The notes beneath the pieces were generated by a model, which was not told where the DNA came from, ran no database searches, and saw only the letters and a program-made list of their open reading frames with translations. A program made the translations under genes and the position numbers. From assembly GCF_035594765.1 (NCBI RefSeq), contig NC_085842.1, positions 41,640,782-41,704,781 of the forward strand: DNA of 64,000 bases, written 5' to 3'. The DNA comes from Anolis carolinensis (taxonomy: Eukaryota). The number at the start of each line of letters is the position of its first letter. Within the stretch, counting starts at the first letter, position 1. Below are positions 24,223 to 36,633 of this stretch, in pieces.

Positions 24223-25004
24223 GCAGGAGGAGGAGGAGGAGGAGGAGGAGGGGTGAGGGAGGAGGAGACAACAAGCAAACATAACATCTGCTTTGACAGC
24301 AGCAGGATATCTTGGACTAAACCTTAACTTCCAAAACATCCAGAGCAGTCAACTAGCCAGTCGTATTTTGAGCTGTAGCTCTTCCTTAAATGCCAACTTG
24401 ATTCCATCAAAAACTTTCATGTGATATCACTCTTCATGCATTGTAATTATTTTAGTAGCAATTGATAAATGCTCAGGCCACAGGCCATTCACGTTCAAAA
24501 TAAGGAAATACAATATAAAAGTACTACATAAAATAATTGGAATATAGATCTTTCATGTTAAAAAATTCAATACAGTTAAAATACAATACAATTAAAATAC
24601 ATTAAATGTAAACAACAGTACTAAAATTTAGAGTAGATACAATTAAATTAGATAAGAACATCCACAGAACAAGCTATTGCAATATCAGCAATAGATTTTG
24701 CCTAAGTGTTCATTGCTTCCAGGATAAAAAAGAGAAATCTTGCAAATTATCATAAAACTGGTATCAGGCAGGAGATTGTAGATAGAAAAGATCTCAAGAA
24801 TTTGGTTCTTGGTGAATATAATGAGCAGGAACACAAACAATGGGGTAAATCCTGAATTTCTGAAACCCCACAGATACACAAACAAAGGACCAAAAGGATA
24901 TGAGATTATCTGCCATCAGTCATGTCTGTAGAGATGGTTTGAAGACAAAGGGATGTAAAATGCTCTGTGAAATGAGCATTCTTTCTGGGGGAATTGGATT
25001 GTTT

Positions 25005-25907
25005 ATCAAAGTTTTTCATCCATTGAGCCCCTTTTGAGGGAAAGGTTCTTGTGGAGCCCCAATAAATGTTTATATGTTATATTATGTTATGTTATAATAT
25101 ATTATTTATTATGCATATATATCATGCATGGAGAAACTTTTGGACACAGGGGCCACACTGCATTTTAAAATTTGACAGACGGGCTGGGTCAGTGGCAGAT
25201 AGATAGAGAATTTTTGTGCGAAAAGAAAAAGAAAGAACAAACAATACAATATTTAAAATGAAGAGCAATTTCAACCAACATAAATTTAACAGCATTTCAA
25301 TGGAAGATCCCAGGGGCCATCAGGTCTAACCCCCTTCTGCCAGGCAGGAAAAGCACAATGAAAGCACTCCCTTACTGATGGGAGGGATATAAGATTCTAG
25401 AAGAAAGGAAGGTGCTTCTGCTCCCAGGAGAACGAGGAGGAGCGGGGCTCTGCAATCCACAGCAAGCTTTCTGAGGCTCTCCCAGCAGCCAGGTCCAGGC
25501 ATGTCTCAACCCCCACCCTCCTTCTCCTTGGTGGTGTCTGGTCAGGTGAGAGAGCAGAGGGAGAAAGGGAGGGAGGGAGGGAGGGAGGGAGGGAAGGAAG
25601 GAAGGAAGGAAGGAAGGAGAAGGAAGGCAGGAAGGCAGGAATGTGAGAGGGGCCCTGGGGCCCCAGAATACACCCCTCGCCACCCCATAGCATGCTGCAG
25701 GGCCCTCTGCTTGGCACTGGAGGGAGCAGGACTGCCCCCCTTGGACCCCACCACGCACTGAGCCTCAAAGAAGGAGCAGGAGGAGAAAAGAGGAGAGAAG
25801 CAGCATGGCGATGCTGCCATGCATCCTTGGAACTGGAGGAGGGAAGAGGAGGAGGGAATCAAGGAGCCCCACAGTATGCCTCGTGGAGCACACTTTAAGA
25901 ATCACTG
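25005..25907. mobile_element. Composite degraded hAT-like element containing OC1-like and CR1 fragments and (GGGA/GGAA)n
   Basis: Right end GGAGCACACTTTAAGAATCACTG resembles a hAT TIR; 25230-25307 matches the reverse complement of the OC1-like body; 25310-25371 resembles a CR1 3' UTR; left boundary uncertain. Confidence 0.4.
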
Positions 25908-27589
25908 GTTAATCCTGCCTAGGATCATGTGAAAGGTCCCTTGCACCTTTCAATCTTTTCCTGAAGAGAAAAAACCAACTGAAAAGCATGGAGAGGCTAT
26001 TCCTCCGCAAATTGTTGATAATAACAGCAGCCCTATTTTGAAGAGACCCATTGAAATGTTTAACTTCTCCTCCTTTAAACTGATCGAACCAATTAATATT
26101 TATTATGGACAAGTCACCTCAAACACTCAGCACTGTACAGTTAAGAAATTGAAAAGAACAGACCCTGCCCGAAGGCTTGTGAGCTACAAAAATTATACAA
26201 ATTGAAAAGAACAGAGCAAATAATCATCATTTTTTTACATTATTTAAACAAAAACCCACTGCAGAGGCTGGCTGGGGCAGGGGGAGGGAGAAGAAATCCC
26301 CTCTGCTTCTTAATTAAGAAGCCAAGGCTACAACCTAATGAAAACTCTGATAAAGCAAATTGGTTCCTAGTCTAAACATTCCCACACTAGTCTTGAAATA
26401 TCTGAATCAGCATAAACAAATGTGCAGCTACTGAGACAAGGGCAATAGCAAGTCAGCTGGCCCCAAACTGTTCCCAGTGCTTCCCCTTATCATGAGCAAC
26501 TTTTTGGGAAAGTATCCTTTGGAGGAAGATGCGTCTCTCAGAATTATATCCTGATTTGATACCACTGCATTGCAAGGACATGGGAAGACTGAGATTGAAT
26601 CATGCTGCCTGTTTGTCTTGGCATCATGTGCTTCAAAAATTAATTTGTCCCCCTGAAATGCTTTTTTCTTTACAAAAACACTGGGTTCCTGGTCAGCTAA
26701 ATGTTGCCTAAATCCTTCATTCTCACTGGCTTTGATGTAAGCAGCATCCTGTCCTATATATGATGACGTACAAAAGACTGAAGCATCTGATTCAAGAGTG
26801 CTGAATCAGTATCCCACTCATTGTTTTATCCAAATGACTCCTTGCTCTCCCAATGGATGTTGGCTCCTGAGTTATCTGCACATATTGGGCACAATGCTAT
26901 TAGTGACCCAATGTCTTTCATTGGGTTCACATTTGAAATGTGGTGCTGAAGGAGTTTTCTGCAGTACCATTGACTGCTGAAAAGACAAACGAATGAGTCA
27001 TAGTGATATTGATATATTAAACCCCCAAATTCTGAAATAGAAACCACAGCTCCGCAAAACCCAGATAGCTGCAATTTTGTATTACATGAACCTCTTTGTG
27101 TAAATCATAACTTCAATGCAGTCTGGTCACACCTTAATTTCTGTAATCGCCTCACAATTGACTGGGAGATGGGAAAATTTACTCAATAGATGTACGTCAA
27201 AGTCTTGCCACACTGCATTCCTTTGGGATTGCACCCTCTTCAGTGGTGGACCATTAAATGGACTGACACTTCAAATGATCCAGTTGAATTTCCCACCATA
27301 TGAAGAGACAATCCTCAGCCATTCAGGATGGACGGTTTTTTAACCTCGCACGGGTTTCTTGAAATGCTGTCAAATGAAATAAAAATGTTCTGTATTCACA
27401 ATTGTGGTATGTCAGTATTTTGAATTCTTCACTGGCATCTTCTTTGTCCATTGAGAACAAACTTTCTACCTTGTCTGTGGTCTTATTTGGCCTTCTGGAT
27501 TAGCTAGACACACCAGGCTTCTGAACCCACAGTTCTTGCAATATCTAAAATCACTCAATAGAGCAAGTAAAGTCTGAATTCTCCCTAGA

Positions 27590-27782
27590 AGACTAGATGA
27601 TTAAACAGAAATAGTTGTACTTTGACCATATTATGACTATGACATTTCAGGTTATAGAGGAATCCTTGAGTCTGCAATACCTGAGAAGGACAGTTAGGAA
27701 AAGGGTGACCTAGAGGTCTCTCATTCATAGGGTCATCATAAGTTGAACTCAATTTGTTGACAGTTAATAACAAACAACAAAA
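27590..27782 (+). mobile_element. RTE-type LINE 3' end remnant
   Basis: CTCATTCATAGGGTCATCATAAGTTG...AACAACAA tail; similar to 52990-53100. Confidence 0.55.
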
Positions 27783-27854
27783 ATGGAAGTATAGGATGTC
27801 CTTAAATAAGAGTATGGCAAGAATGATAGATAACAAGTGAATATTCCATTTAAT

Positions 27855-28000
27855 GAAATATAAACGCTATGAGGAATGGCTGGGGGAGGTGGGTATGTTT
27901 AGGTTGGAAAAGAGAAGATAACAAACTTTTTTTCTCTACTCCAAAGGCTAGGACACAAAGCAATGGATTCAGACTACAGGAAAAGAGATTCCCCCTAATT
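27855..28000 (+). mobile_element. CR1 fragment
   Basis: Translation RTQSNGFRLQEKRF matches CR1 ORF2 end. Confidence 0.7.
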
Positions 28001-28784
28001 GGGACAGTTGCTATTCTAGATACAGAAGTTAGAACAATCCTCATAGATTTGGCATAGGAAACGTAAATAAGCTACTTTATACAGTTGAGTGAACAAAGGG
28101 TTTATGCAACAGGGACAAGTTACATATATTTTCATATATTTTTCATATATCATGCAGATATACTGCCAATATATCTCTAGGAAATAAGTTTCAGGATAAC
28201 TATCCTACTTCTGACCTTTGAAAATAGAAATAACATTTCCCATTTAAACACCACATACTTTCTAAAGTTTGAAAGCAATAGTCTGAAGCTTCCAAATAAA
28301 ATAGACCAATTGAATCAATTCTTAAATGGTGAAAATAGCAAGTAGGAAATTTTCCATTGATTCAGATGGACTATTTTAGTTGGGAATAACAATTAATTAT
28401 CAGGCCAGTAGGTTAATAATTTTGAAAAATCTGAAACCGAGAAAACTACTTTAGACTTAAGAATACCAACCAGCTGTTTAGAATGAGGACAGGGGCAGCT
28501 GATCAGCAAGATTACCTGTTATCTGATGTAAAGTAGACAGCTTGACTGCTGCAAGAAGATAAGGTGGTGGACATGAAAACAGCACCTGGAGAGTTTATTG
28601 TTCCAACCTGCTATTATGCAATACTTGGATTAAATAGAGGTATTAGGTACATGCCAAGTTGAGCGCTGTCAATATCTTACCTCTCTTCAATAGTGTGATT
28701 GTACAAGTTCACCAGTCTGTGATCCTACAATCGGTTATACACACCCTCATAACCTTCTTGTACTATTCCTCTCCACCATACTTT

Positions 28785-29277
28785 GACCAGGCTGTGGCGC
28801 AGCTGGTTAGTAGCCAGCTGCAATAAATCATTACTGACCAAGAGGTCATGAGTTCAAAGCCAGCCTGGGTCGGAGTGAGCTCCTGACAATTAATAGTCTA
28901 GCTTGATGTTGACCTATGCAGCCCGAAAGACAGTTGCATCCGTTGAGTAGGAAAATTAGGTACCACTTTATGCGGGAAGGCTAATTTAACTAATTTACGA
29001 CACCATAAAATCTTCCAGCAGGAAGAATGAGGAAGTACTCCATCAAGGACTTGGTGTCACAAGTGGACGGTGAATTGGCAGCTCCCCCTGTGGCCAGAAT
29101 CGAGCATACCCTCATGAAGCCGGAAGCTGGAATGTTAAATTGCCTCTGTGTCTGTCTATATATGTCGTATGTCTAAAGGCATTGAATGTTAACCATGTAT
29201 ATGTTCATTGTGATCCACTCTGAGTCCCCTTCGGGGTGAGAAGGGCAGAATATAAATAATGTAAATAAATAAATAAA
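28785..29277 (+). mobile_element. Anolis SINE2 (Squam2-like) with L2-derived tail
   Basis: tRNA-like head GGCTGTGGCGCAGCTGG...GAGTTCAAAGCC; tail CTGAGTCCCCTTCGGGGTGAGAAGGGC...(TAAA)n. Confidence 0.85.
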
Positions 29278-30437
29278 TGTGCATTTATTTTTATTATCAT
29301 TTTTAAATATCATCAAAGAAAATAAATGCAAAGCAAACACTTTGACAATAATGAGGAGGAGGGGGAGAGGAAGAAAGGAGAATAATCATGTTATTTTACA
29401 AGTGGGATGCCAGTAAAGAAGCAAAAAGAACATATCATACTATAGTAGGTAGTGGCAACATATTCGGATGAAGAGCTGTTAATGGGTTTGATAGTTATGA
29501 ATGGAGAATCCTAGTGGGGAAAGGAAAACTGGTAATTGCATGGAGATGGCACCATGTGATAGAGAGTGTCACCAAAAGTGATGGCTCAGCTGCAATGCTA
29601 TTTTACCTGCCTTGTGTCATAAATTCCTCAGTCTGAATGAGATTCCTCTGCTGAGCTAAAATTTGTGCACTAAAACCTGTGCCTCCATGAACAAGATTGA
29701 TACCTGAGATTTTGACCATGCCGCCCTGCCCGCAGCATTTAAACCCCAATGTATAAGATTTGGAAAGCCACAGCTCATTATTTGGAAGAGACTCCTGAGG
29801 TCATGCAAAGCCATGAATCCATTTGGGCAGTACATCATCATTACAGCTGAGAGTGGTAGCAGATTCCATACCAATCTAATTTGCAACTCAGCTGAGTTCC
29901 CCTGACAAAACACATTGTTAGGAAATCAGTGAGGTAGTGAAACAAATCAGGATGCCTCTGCTCGCTGGATGCCTCACTCACACATCTAAGGTGGAGCTGG
30001 GGCTTTGGGTTGTGTGTGTTTGGAATGAGCTATTAGCAGAGAAATTGAGAAACTGACACCAGTACAGGCAATAATCAGATGCCACACTTTTTCTTCTCCT
30101 CAGTCCTGGCCCCTTTCCCATTCCATCCAAATAAAGGTACCTTGAGTACAATGAGCAGCCTCAGACTTTATGCCAGCGAATGATGGATCATCCCAGCACT
30201 ACCAACCTTTGAATGTATGAAGACATGTTGTTCCCAACTACTTTCTGAAAAATCAGGGTTATGGTGGTAAATGTGGTGTTGTGCAGGTTATTTTCAGAGG
30301 GGGTTTCTCAGCCCCTGGTAAAAAGGTATGATGAAAAGAGTTCCTTTTTGAAGAGCAGTTTTAGCATCCTTTTAAAGTTTTTTAAATCTATGTATTCGTC
30401 TAAATATTTTATTTATTGGGCCCTGGTGGGCTGAGAG

Positions 30438-30593
30438 NNNNNNNNNNNNNNNNNNNNNNNNNNNNNNNNNNNNNNNNNNNNNNNNNNNNNNNNNNNNNNN
30501 NNNNNNNNNNNNNNNNNNNNNNNNNNNNNNNNNNNNNNNNNNNNNNNNNNNNNNNNNNNNNNNNNNNNNNNNNNNNNNNNNNNNNNNNNNNNN
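30438..30593. other. Assembly gap (156 N)
   Basis: Run of N. Confidence 1.
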
Positions 30594-31081
30594 AGTAATT
30601 TCAGCATATTACAAACAATGTGATTATTTTAATTTGAAAATATTCTGTTTTACACTCAGAATTAGGATTGACAGATGTTCCTTATTTTAAGGAATGGGAG
30701 AGCCAGAATATTTGCCCTTCATAAGGCTGGTGCTTGCCCCTTATTTTATGGAATATCCCTTATTTGTTACTGGAAAGGGCTTCCTTTTATGTAGATGGAA
30801 TGAGATGCCAAAAGTCCAGCATTTAGCAGTGTGTACCTTCACAATGCTTCATTGATTGAAGATATGGAAACCAAGTCTTATTCAAAAATAGCTGGGTATG
30901 CTTACTTTGGAGAAGACTAAGAAGTGAAATGATAATTGAAAGGAATAGACCTACCTTGTCAGGCCAGTGTATAGAAAAAGCTCTATGACTTGGGAGGAAA
31001 GGCCAATCCAAGCAAAAGGAGGAGGAAACAGCCAGCTCCTTATATGGTAGTGGTACCTAGCTACAGAAGATAGAGGGCACC

Positions 31082-31084
<3 letters not shown>

Positions 31085-31123
<39 letters not shown>
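31085..31123. repeat. (GA)n microsatellite
   Basis: Directly visible. Confidence 0.95.
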
Positions 31124-31125
<2 letters not shown>

Positions 31126-31282
31126 TTCAGATGGAGAGGATTGTGTGGAAGAGAGGAAAGGTTTGGGGAGAAGTGCTATATTTTTGGTAGAGAGCCTCTA
31201 AGGGACAGAGTGCATATAATAAGAGCCTCTGGAAGGGAGAACTGAGGGATTTCGAAAAGCCTGATAGGTTCTCCTGTGAGGG

Positions 31283-31576
31283 CAGAGCCAGCCCTAGGTA
31301 TTTTTCAAATGTAGGCGAACAGAATTTTGGTGCCCCCCTCCCCCCCAAAAAAAAATCACTGAAAAATAAAAGCATTGGATAAGCGAAAATGTTGGATAAT
31401 AAGGAGGGATTAAGGAAAAGCCTATTAAACATCAAATTACATTAAGATTTTACAAATTAAGCACCAAAACATTATGTTTTACAACAAATCAACAGAAAAA
31501 GCAGTCTCGACTGCGCCCCCGTATGTTTGGCGCCCTAAGCGACTGCTTAATTCGCCTCATTGTTGGACTGGCTCTG
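31283..31576. mobile_element. hAT-type MITE carrying an internal mariner-MITE fragment
   Basis: TIRs CAGAGCCAG / CTGGCTCTG; perfect 8-bp TSD tgtgaggg; 31375-31504 similar to 14554-14684. Confidence 0.85.
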
Positions 31577-31964
31577 TGTGAGGGAACATAGTTCTGTGAA
31601 AGATAAGTTAAGGAACCATTTTCTTTTAGGAAACAGCCTGATAATCTTCTGAAGCCAATATGCAACCTTCTTGTTCTAGTTCAAATAAACTTTACAAATC
31701 TGTTTATACTTCACCACAAGTATTCAGTGTGTCTTTCTGTGCATCATTATAAGAAGGGGGCCTGTCTACATAAAAGCTATCACTCTTTAAGTCGGAGTTT
31801 CCCTTCATTTTTGAGTGGCTCTGTGAACTGACTCCGGTGGTCAGAGGGCCAATGGGACAAGGAAGAGTGAATGGTGTGGTCTAGGCCAATACATTTAGTT
31901 TGATGGCAGCAAAGTTACATCTTCTTGTAACCGACAGTCGGCTGTTGGGTCCGACTGTTGTAAT

Positions 31965-32250
31965 AAACATATTTAAGTATCTAAACTGATGTAATGTAGA
32001 AGTTGGGGTGAACTTGTTTTCTGATGCTCCAGAGACAGGAATCAAATTACAGAAAAGTGGTTCCACATTAATATTAAGAAGAACTAATTTACTATTTAAA
32101 AAAAACTGTTTGACAATGGAATTGTCAATGGGGGAGTTCTCCTTTTTTGGAGGTCTTTAAACTGAGATCATTCAGAACTGCTTGAATTGTGTATTTCTTG
32201 CATGGCAGTGGTTGGGCTGGATAGCCCTTCTATATCTAAGATTCTATAAC
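31965..32250 (+). mobile_element. Old CR1 3' fragment
   Basis: Degenerate match to the CR1 ORF2 end and 3' UTR (ATTAAGAAGAAC, TTGGAGGTCTTTAAA, ATTCTAT). Confidence 0.65.
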
Positions 32251-32276
32251 AACAGAAATGTCTGCATCATCTAGGT

Positions 32277-32957
32277 CAGGGGTCCCCAAACTAAGGCCCG
32301 GGGGCCGGATGTGGCCCTCCAAGGTCATTTACCTGGCCCCCATCCTCAGTTTTATAATATATTTTTATATCAGTTTTAATAATATAATATATTGTATATA
32401 CATATAATATTGATACTAATATTATGTTACACAATATAATACTAATAATAATACCATATAATAATATTAATTACATATTATATATTACATATAATATTAC
32501 AGTATAGTGGTATAGTTCAATATAGTAATATATAATGCTAATATTGTGCTATGCTAATAATATAACAGTGAGTGAGAAGGGTGGGATAGAAATGTAATAA
32601 ATAAATGCAGTAAATAAATAATTAATTTTAGACTTAGGCCCGGCCAAAGTCTGAAATGACTTGAAGGCACATAACAACAACAATCCTAATTAACTTGACT
32701 ATCTCATTGGCCAGAAGCAGGCCCACATTTTCCACTGAAATCCTGATAGGTTTATGTTGGTTAAAATTGTTTTCATTTTAAAATATTGTATTGTTCTTTC
32801 ATTGTTGTTGTTGCTGTTTTGCACTACAAAAAATAAGACATGTGCAGTGTGCATAGGAATTTGTTTGTTTGTTTGTTTTTTCAAATAATAATTCGGCCCC
32901 TCAACAGTCTGAAGGATTGTGGACCGGCCCTCTGATTCAAAAGTTTGAAGACCCCTG
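32277..32957 (+). mobile_element. Non-autonomous hAT, OC1-like, with AT-rich interior
   Basis: TIRs CAGGGGTCCCCAAACT / AGTTTGAAGACCCCTG; perfect TSD atctaggt (32269-32276, 32958-32965). Confidence 0.9.
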
Positions 32958-35694
32958 ATCTAGGTTATGAAAGCGGACAAACATTTCAAGATGTATCGTG
33001 AATATTGTTCCTAGCTTTTCAATGAAGCAGTAAAGAAAAGTCATAAGTTTCAGTTCGCTTATGAAATTCTCTGTAAAATTAGCATAGTTTAACTGATACC
33101 AGTTTTTCATTTTGATTTTCCTTTACTGATACCTAGAAAATCTAGGAACACTACTCACAGCTCATCCTGAAATGTTGCTAGCAATAGTCAATGCTGCAAA
33201 GTATGACCTGCCTAAAAATCTTGATCTCTGTGGCTGGGTAAGAAAAAATGTTTCTACCTTTAGCTTTAGGAATAGTCCAGTAATGCTGAAGAAACAAAGA
33301 CTGGTATAGCACCACAGTCTATGAAACACAGCTTACTGTTCCGAATCATTTGCCAGTACTGATGACTCCCAATTAGCAGTCGCTGTTGATTAAGCTTCCC
33401 ACTTCCTGGCAGAGCATGTGAGTTCACAAAAGGCAATTAGACTGGGATGCCTTTGGCATCCTGCTTCCTTCCTTGATTTGTTCCATTTCTACGACCTAGC
33501 TTTTGTTCTCCTATTCAACCTAACCCTGAGTCCGTTTTGGCCTGACACATTTTATAACTGTGGAACATAGGAAACTGTCTCAGATTATTGTGGGGACAAT
33601 CAATTCCAAGCCAGGACCAAATTCAGAGAATTTCTTGCTGATCTGTTCCCAGTGGTGGATAAGGCCAAAAACAAAAAAGGGGCACCATATTTTTTTTTTT
33701 TGGATCAAAGTGCTTACTGCCAGTAACAAAGTCTTTGAGGACGCATTTTTGGCCTTTCAGGACAGGGAAAGTAAACAAAATCTGGGAAACCATCAAATGA
33801 TTTCATGAATGTCATGAATAGGCAATAATGAAGCCATCTGGGGAATTCCCAGATTCCAGACTGCTGGACTGGGGCCTCAGGAGAGTGAAATTCAGTTCAA
33901 GTTTCCTCACTCACATCTAATACCATAACACCAGCCAGACTTCTCACTCAGTATTGTCCACCCTAACTAGTAAAGTTTCTCCAAGGTTTCAGATAGAGAA
34001 TGTTTCCTGCATTCCATCCTGTAGAAGGCAGAGGCTGCATCCAGGATCTTCTGCATGCTGCTGAAGTCTATCAATTCCAAGATGGCTATGGGCTGTTTAA
34101 CATATAGACAATCTACTAATACAAGGGATTTTAAATTTTCTACTTTCCAGAGGAAATCAAGTTTTCATATTGACTTATCAGCCAATATTAAGCTTTGTTT
34201 TGACATATAAGTTCTGCTTGTGGCATGCTTAGCTCACATACAGAACTCTGCATGGCTCTTGGCATGCACATTGATCTATGTGAATGGACAGTGTATCTGC
34301 ACTATGCGTTATAGCAATTCGATGCCACTTTACCTATGAAGGGATGAAGAAGTAGAGTGCATTTTCCTCACCCCTATCCTAGATTGTGCCCTATAGTCTT
34401 CTGTGAGTGAATGTAGACTATGGAAAGCAAATGTATATCAAATTATATGTGCTCCCAGTTATCAAGCAACCCTGAAAAATTCCCAACTATCCCTGGGCAC
34501 TCTTGGAACAGTTTAAAAACTACTAGTCTAGTTGCTGCCGGAAGGAAATGCAGTCGGTCAAGCTCCATTTAAGCCTTATGTTCAAGGACATTTATAGCTG
34601 AACTCCTGAGGTGATTTATCAGAGTAAACTATGAAACAATCTTAGATCCATGATTTATTGCTGGTGTGTGTTGTGTATGTTTGGGAAAGATTGGGGTTTG
34701 GTCTCAAGGGAGAGTGTAGTAGGCATTTTTAAAGACAGGATGGCAGATTTCCAGAGGTGCATAATAAAGTTTTCTTGGCGAATTAAACTTCAGGGCCAAA
34801 AGCCCACCTGCATTTGAGTTGTTCTTCCTTCCCTAAGGATTCTCCAACAATAACAACAATAAAACACAGAACTTGTATAAGCAGCCATAAGTATAGCTTC
34901 TTCAAACCAAAGCTGTGCCTCATGCCTCAGAGTATTATTGTACAATCACAATATGCAATCCAATGCCATTTATAAATGCAAAAGGCCAGTTATCCCCATA
35001 CAAAGGGCTTAGCAATTCTTCCCAAATGGCTTGTTCAATACAAATAAGATCTCTTTCCCTTGCCCTTGTTCACCACATCTTTCTTGACATGTTTCCCTCC
35101 CCTCAAGTTTGCAACAGCTGTGCATAGTTGGCCATGCAATCTGAGTTGTTTTCCACATTTTTTTTCTTAAGGCTTTTCATCTCTCTATCCCAAGAAAGCC
35201 GAATATAAGTCAACCTGTTGCTTTTTACATAAGCAGATTACTTCAGAACCCAAACACACAGGTTCAAGTTTGGCAGGGTTTTTAGCAGCCAGAACGTAGA
35301 GTTCAAAAGAATCCATTTATTTTTCCACAGAAAATAATGTGACACTGACCGATATTTTGGGAGTAACATATTCAAACTTGGATATTATGCTCCTTACAAA
35401 GCACAATGAAAATCCTTTCAAACAGGAATGTGCAATTTCCTATTGGCTTGTGGTTTGACAGGTCAAAAACTTCTTGCCAAAAATTTTCAGACATAAAAGA
35501 CAGTTTGTGAGATACAGGGGTTCCTCAAAGAAGCATATTTTAAACATAGTTTTAATTCAGAGCCATTCCTCCAATGGTACATCACTTGGCAGCAGAAAGA
35601 CAGACAAACAGGTTGCATAGTCCTTTGTTTAAGGCGCCTGAGTCTACCATTTATTTATTATTTCAGTTAATTTTTCCTCCAATATACCAAATAT

Positions 35695-36195
35695 GGAGCC
35701 TTAGGTGGTGCAGCGGGTTAAACCACTGAGTTGCTGAACTTTCTGACTGAAAGGTTGGTGGTTCGAATCTAAGGAGCTCCCGCTGTTAGCCCCAGCTTCT
35801 GCCAATCTAGCAGTTTGAAAACATGCAAATGTGAGCAGATCAATAGGTACCGCTCCACTGGGAAGGTAACAGTGCTCCATGAAAGAATCTATAAAGCATT
35901 TGGCCTGTTTTCAGACCAAATTCTTTTTGTAGTTTTGACATTGTGACACACTGTAGATCTCCACACGTTTTTATTTGCAGAGATGACAACTTAGATTCCA
36001 TTGTCCTACCAACTCCTGGAAGATGAACAATCAGTTGGTTTCTGATAAAATCATCCAGATCTTCTGTCCAGCCATATGACTTTGGAGGTGTCTACGGACA
36101 ATGCCAGCTCTTTGGCTTAGAAATGAGGATGAGCATCAACCTCCTGAGTTGGACAAGATTAGATTTAATGTCAGGGGAAAACCTTTATTTTTACT
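35695..36195 (+). mobile_element. Sauria SINE interrupted by a ~185-bp foreign insert (35882-~36066)
   Basis: Head and tail match the 8386-8710 copy; TSD tataccaaat (35683-35692, 36196-36205). Confidence 0.85.
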
Positions 36196-36419
36196 TATAC
36201 CAAATGCTCACCTAATTATTTATTTTTCTTCACATTATCTTCACTTTATATTCTTCATTTCATAGAAAAATGCTGTTTTCCTTGTACATCTTAAAATTTG
36301 GTCTTCAACCACTATCCTTGGGCTTTACTGGAACACAGACAGATCTTCTAACATATATAGAAAAGAACAAGATATGAATCGGCCAGGTTTCCAGAGCAAC
36401 AGGGAAATGGTATGACATA

Positions 36420-36575
36420 GGATTCCATTATCTGAAATGTCTGGGACCAGAAGTGTTTTGGATTTCAAATTTGTTCAGATTTTTGGAATAATTAGCCATC
36501 TTGGAGATAGATCTCAAGTCTAAACACAAAATTCATTTACATTTCACAGACACCTTACACATAGCCTGAAATTTA
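36420..36575. mobile_element. Tigger/MER46-like DNA transposon fragment
   Basis: TTATCTGAAATG..TGGGACCAGAAGTGTTTTGGATTTC and CAAGTCTAAACACAAAATTCATT signatures. Confidence 0.55.
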
Positions 36576-36577
36576 TT

Positions 36578-36578
<1 letters not shown>

Positions 36579-36633
<55 letters not shown>
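36579..36633. repeat. (TAA)n microsatellite
   Basis: Directly visible. Confidence 0.95.

Noticed and set aside
25372-25898. Cluster of overlapping ORFs on both strands
   Set aside because: Produced by GC-rich low-complexity (GGGA/GGAA)n sequence within a degraded transposon
30413-30607. ORFs spanning X residues
   Set aside because: Artefacts of the N gap
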